A stretch of DNA of 64,000 nucleotides from Octopus vulgaris. Its lineage: Eukaryota. Numbering within the stretch: the stretch's first letter is position 1; every line of letters starts with the position of its first letter. The notes below the pieces were generated by a model that made no database searches, was not told the DNA's origin, and saw only the letters and a list, made by a program, of their open reading frames with translations. The position numbers were made by a program, and so were the translations under genes. This document shows, in pieces, positions 63,147-64,000 of this stretch. The stretch covers positions 47,554,001 through 47,618,000 of the forward strand of contig OX597830.1 in NCBI GenBank assembly GCA_951406725.2, in the 5' to 3' direction.

Positions 63147-64000
63147 CTAAGTAACACAAACGCGATTCAGTTAATGTTTGATAGCGTCAGCCAAGAACTA
63201 CCTACTCAAATCTCTGGTAGAAACAGGATGTCATTAACATTTTGCTTTTGGCGCCTTTTTTCTTTGACAGACCGTTACCTATATGGAAATGTTTGTCTGC
63301 TAATTGTTGTGGTGACGATGCAGTTCAAGCCAGCAATCTACTGTTAGAACTGACTCTTACATCTCATACGAACGCTGAATTGCTTCACCTGCTTTAAATA
63401 TCATTTGATATTGTTTGTTGTAACAACGACACGTTTTTGTTAACGATAAAGAAATATTTTGTGTTTGGAACTTCACACAGACCTCTTGTTTATCCATCTT
63501 TCAAATCAACCAAATCATTACACTGATGACAACCAAATCGAAATATCCTTATCGCTAAATATGTATGTATTTAAAGATTATATGCATGTGTGTATGTATT
63601 CATGTAGGTATGTCTATGTATATGTGTATGTGTATGTGTGTTTGTGTGTATGTATTTATGTATGTGTGTATGTATGTATGTATGTCATTGTTCAGTTTAA
63701 TTTCAAGGTTTCTTGCCAATAGAGAAAGAACCGGTTTCTAACCTAGATCCAAGGCTCCTTCATTAGAATTTCAACATCAACAGGGTATGTATGTATGTAT
63801 TTATGTATGTATGTATGTATGTATGTATGTATGTATGTATGTATGTATGTATGTATGTATGTATGTATGTATGTATGTATGTGTAGATTTATATGTCTTG
63901 CTCTATGTATGTTATTCTCATGCATATAGTTGCATATCTAGACACGATCATATATATTTAAATGATAAACTTCTGGAAAGTTATACAGATTTTTACATTT

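Overview
AT-rich, intron-containing animal genomic DNA packed with microsatellites, tRNA-derived SINEs and transposon fossils. The repeat repertoire suggests an octopus or other cephalopod, but that is inference. The best-supported gene is an 11-exon ZC3H3 orthologue on the + strand (ATG 28859 to TGA 44116; all splice phases join into 829 aa). It has a compact CRE/ETS/YY1 promoter and an apparently degenerate fifth CCCH finger. Also present are the last exon of a class A GPCR (2257-2595) and a 390-codon orphan acidic terminal exon on the - strand (52588-53760). Mobile DNA includes RTE- and CR1-type LINEs, Tc1, maT (DD37D) and rosa-like transposase relics, a hAT MITE, three non-autonomous Helitrons and long intronic foldbacks. 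The most interesting signal is a set of Penelope-like element (PLE) remnants of at least two families carrying hammerhead-ribozyme motifs. In one, a tRNA-like Pol III head sits between the GIY-YIG ORF end and the ribozyme, and two copies show compensatory stem I changes. Most listed ORFs are microsatellite or repeat artefacts. I cannot show that any system here is truly undescribed.
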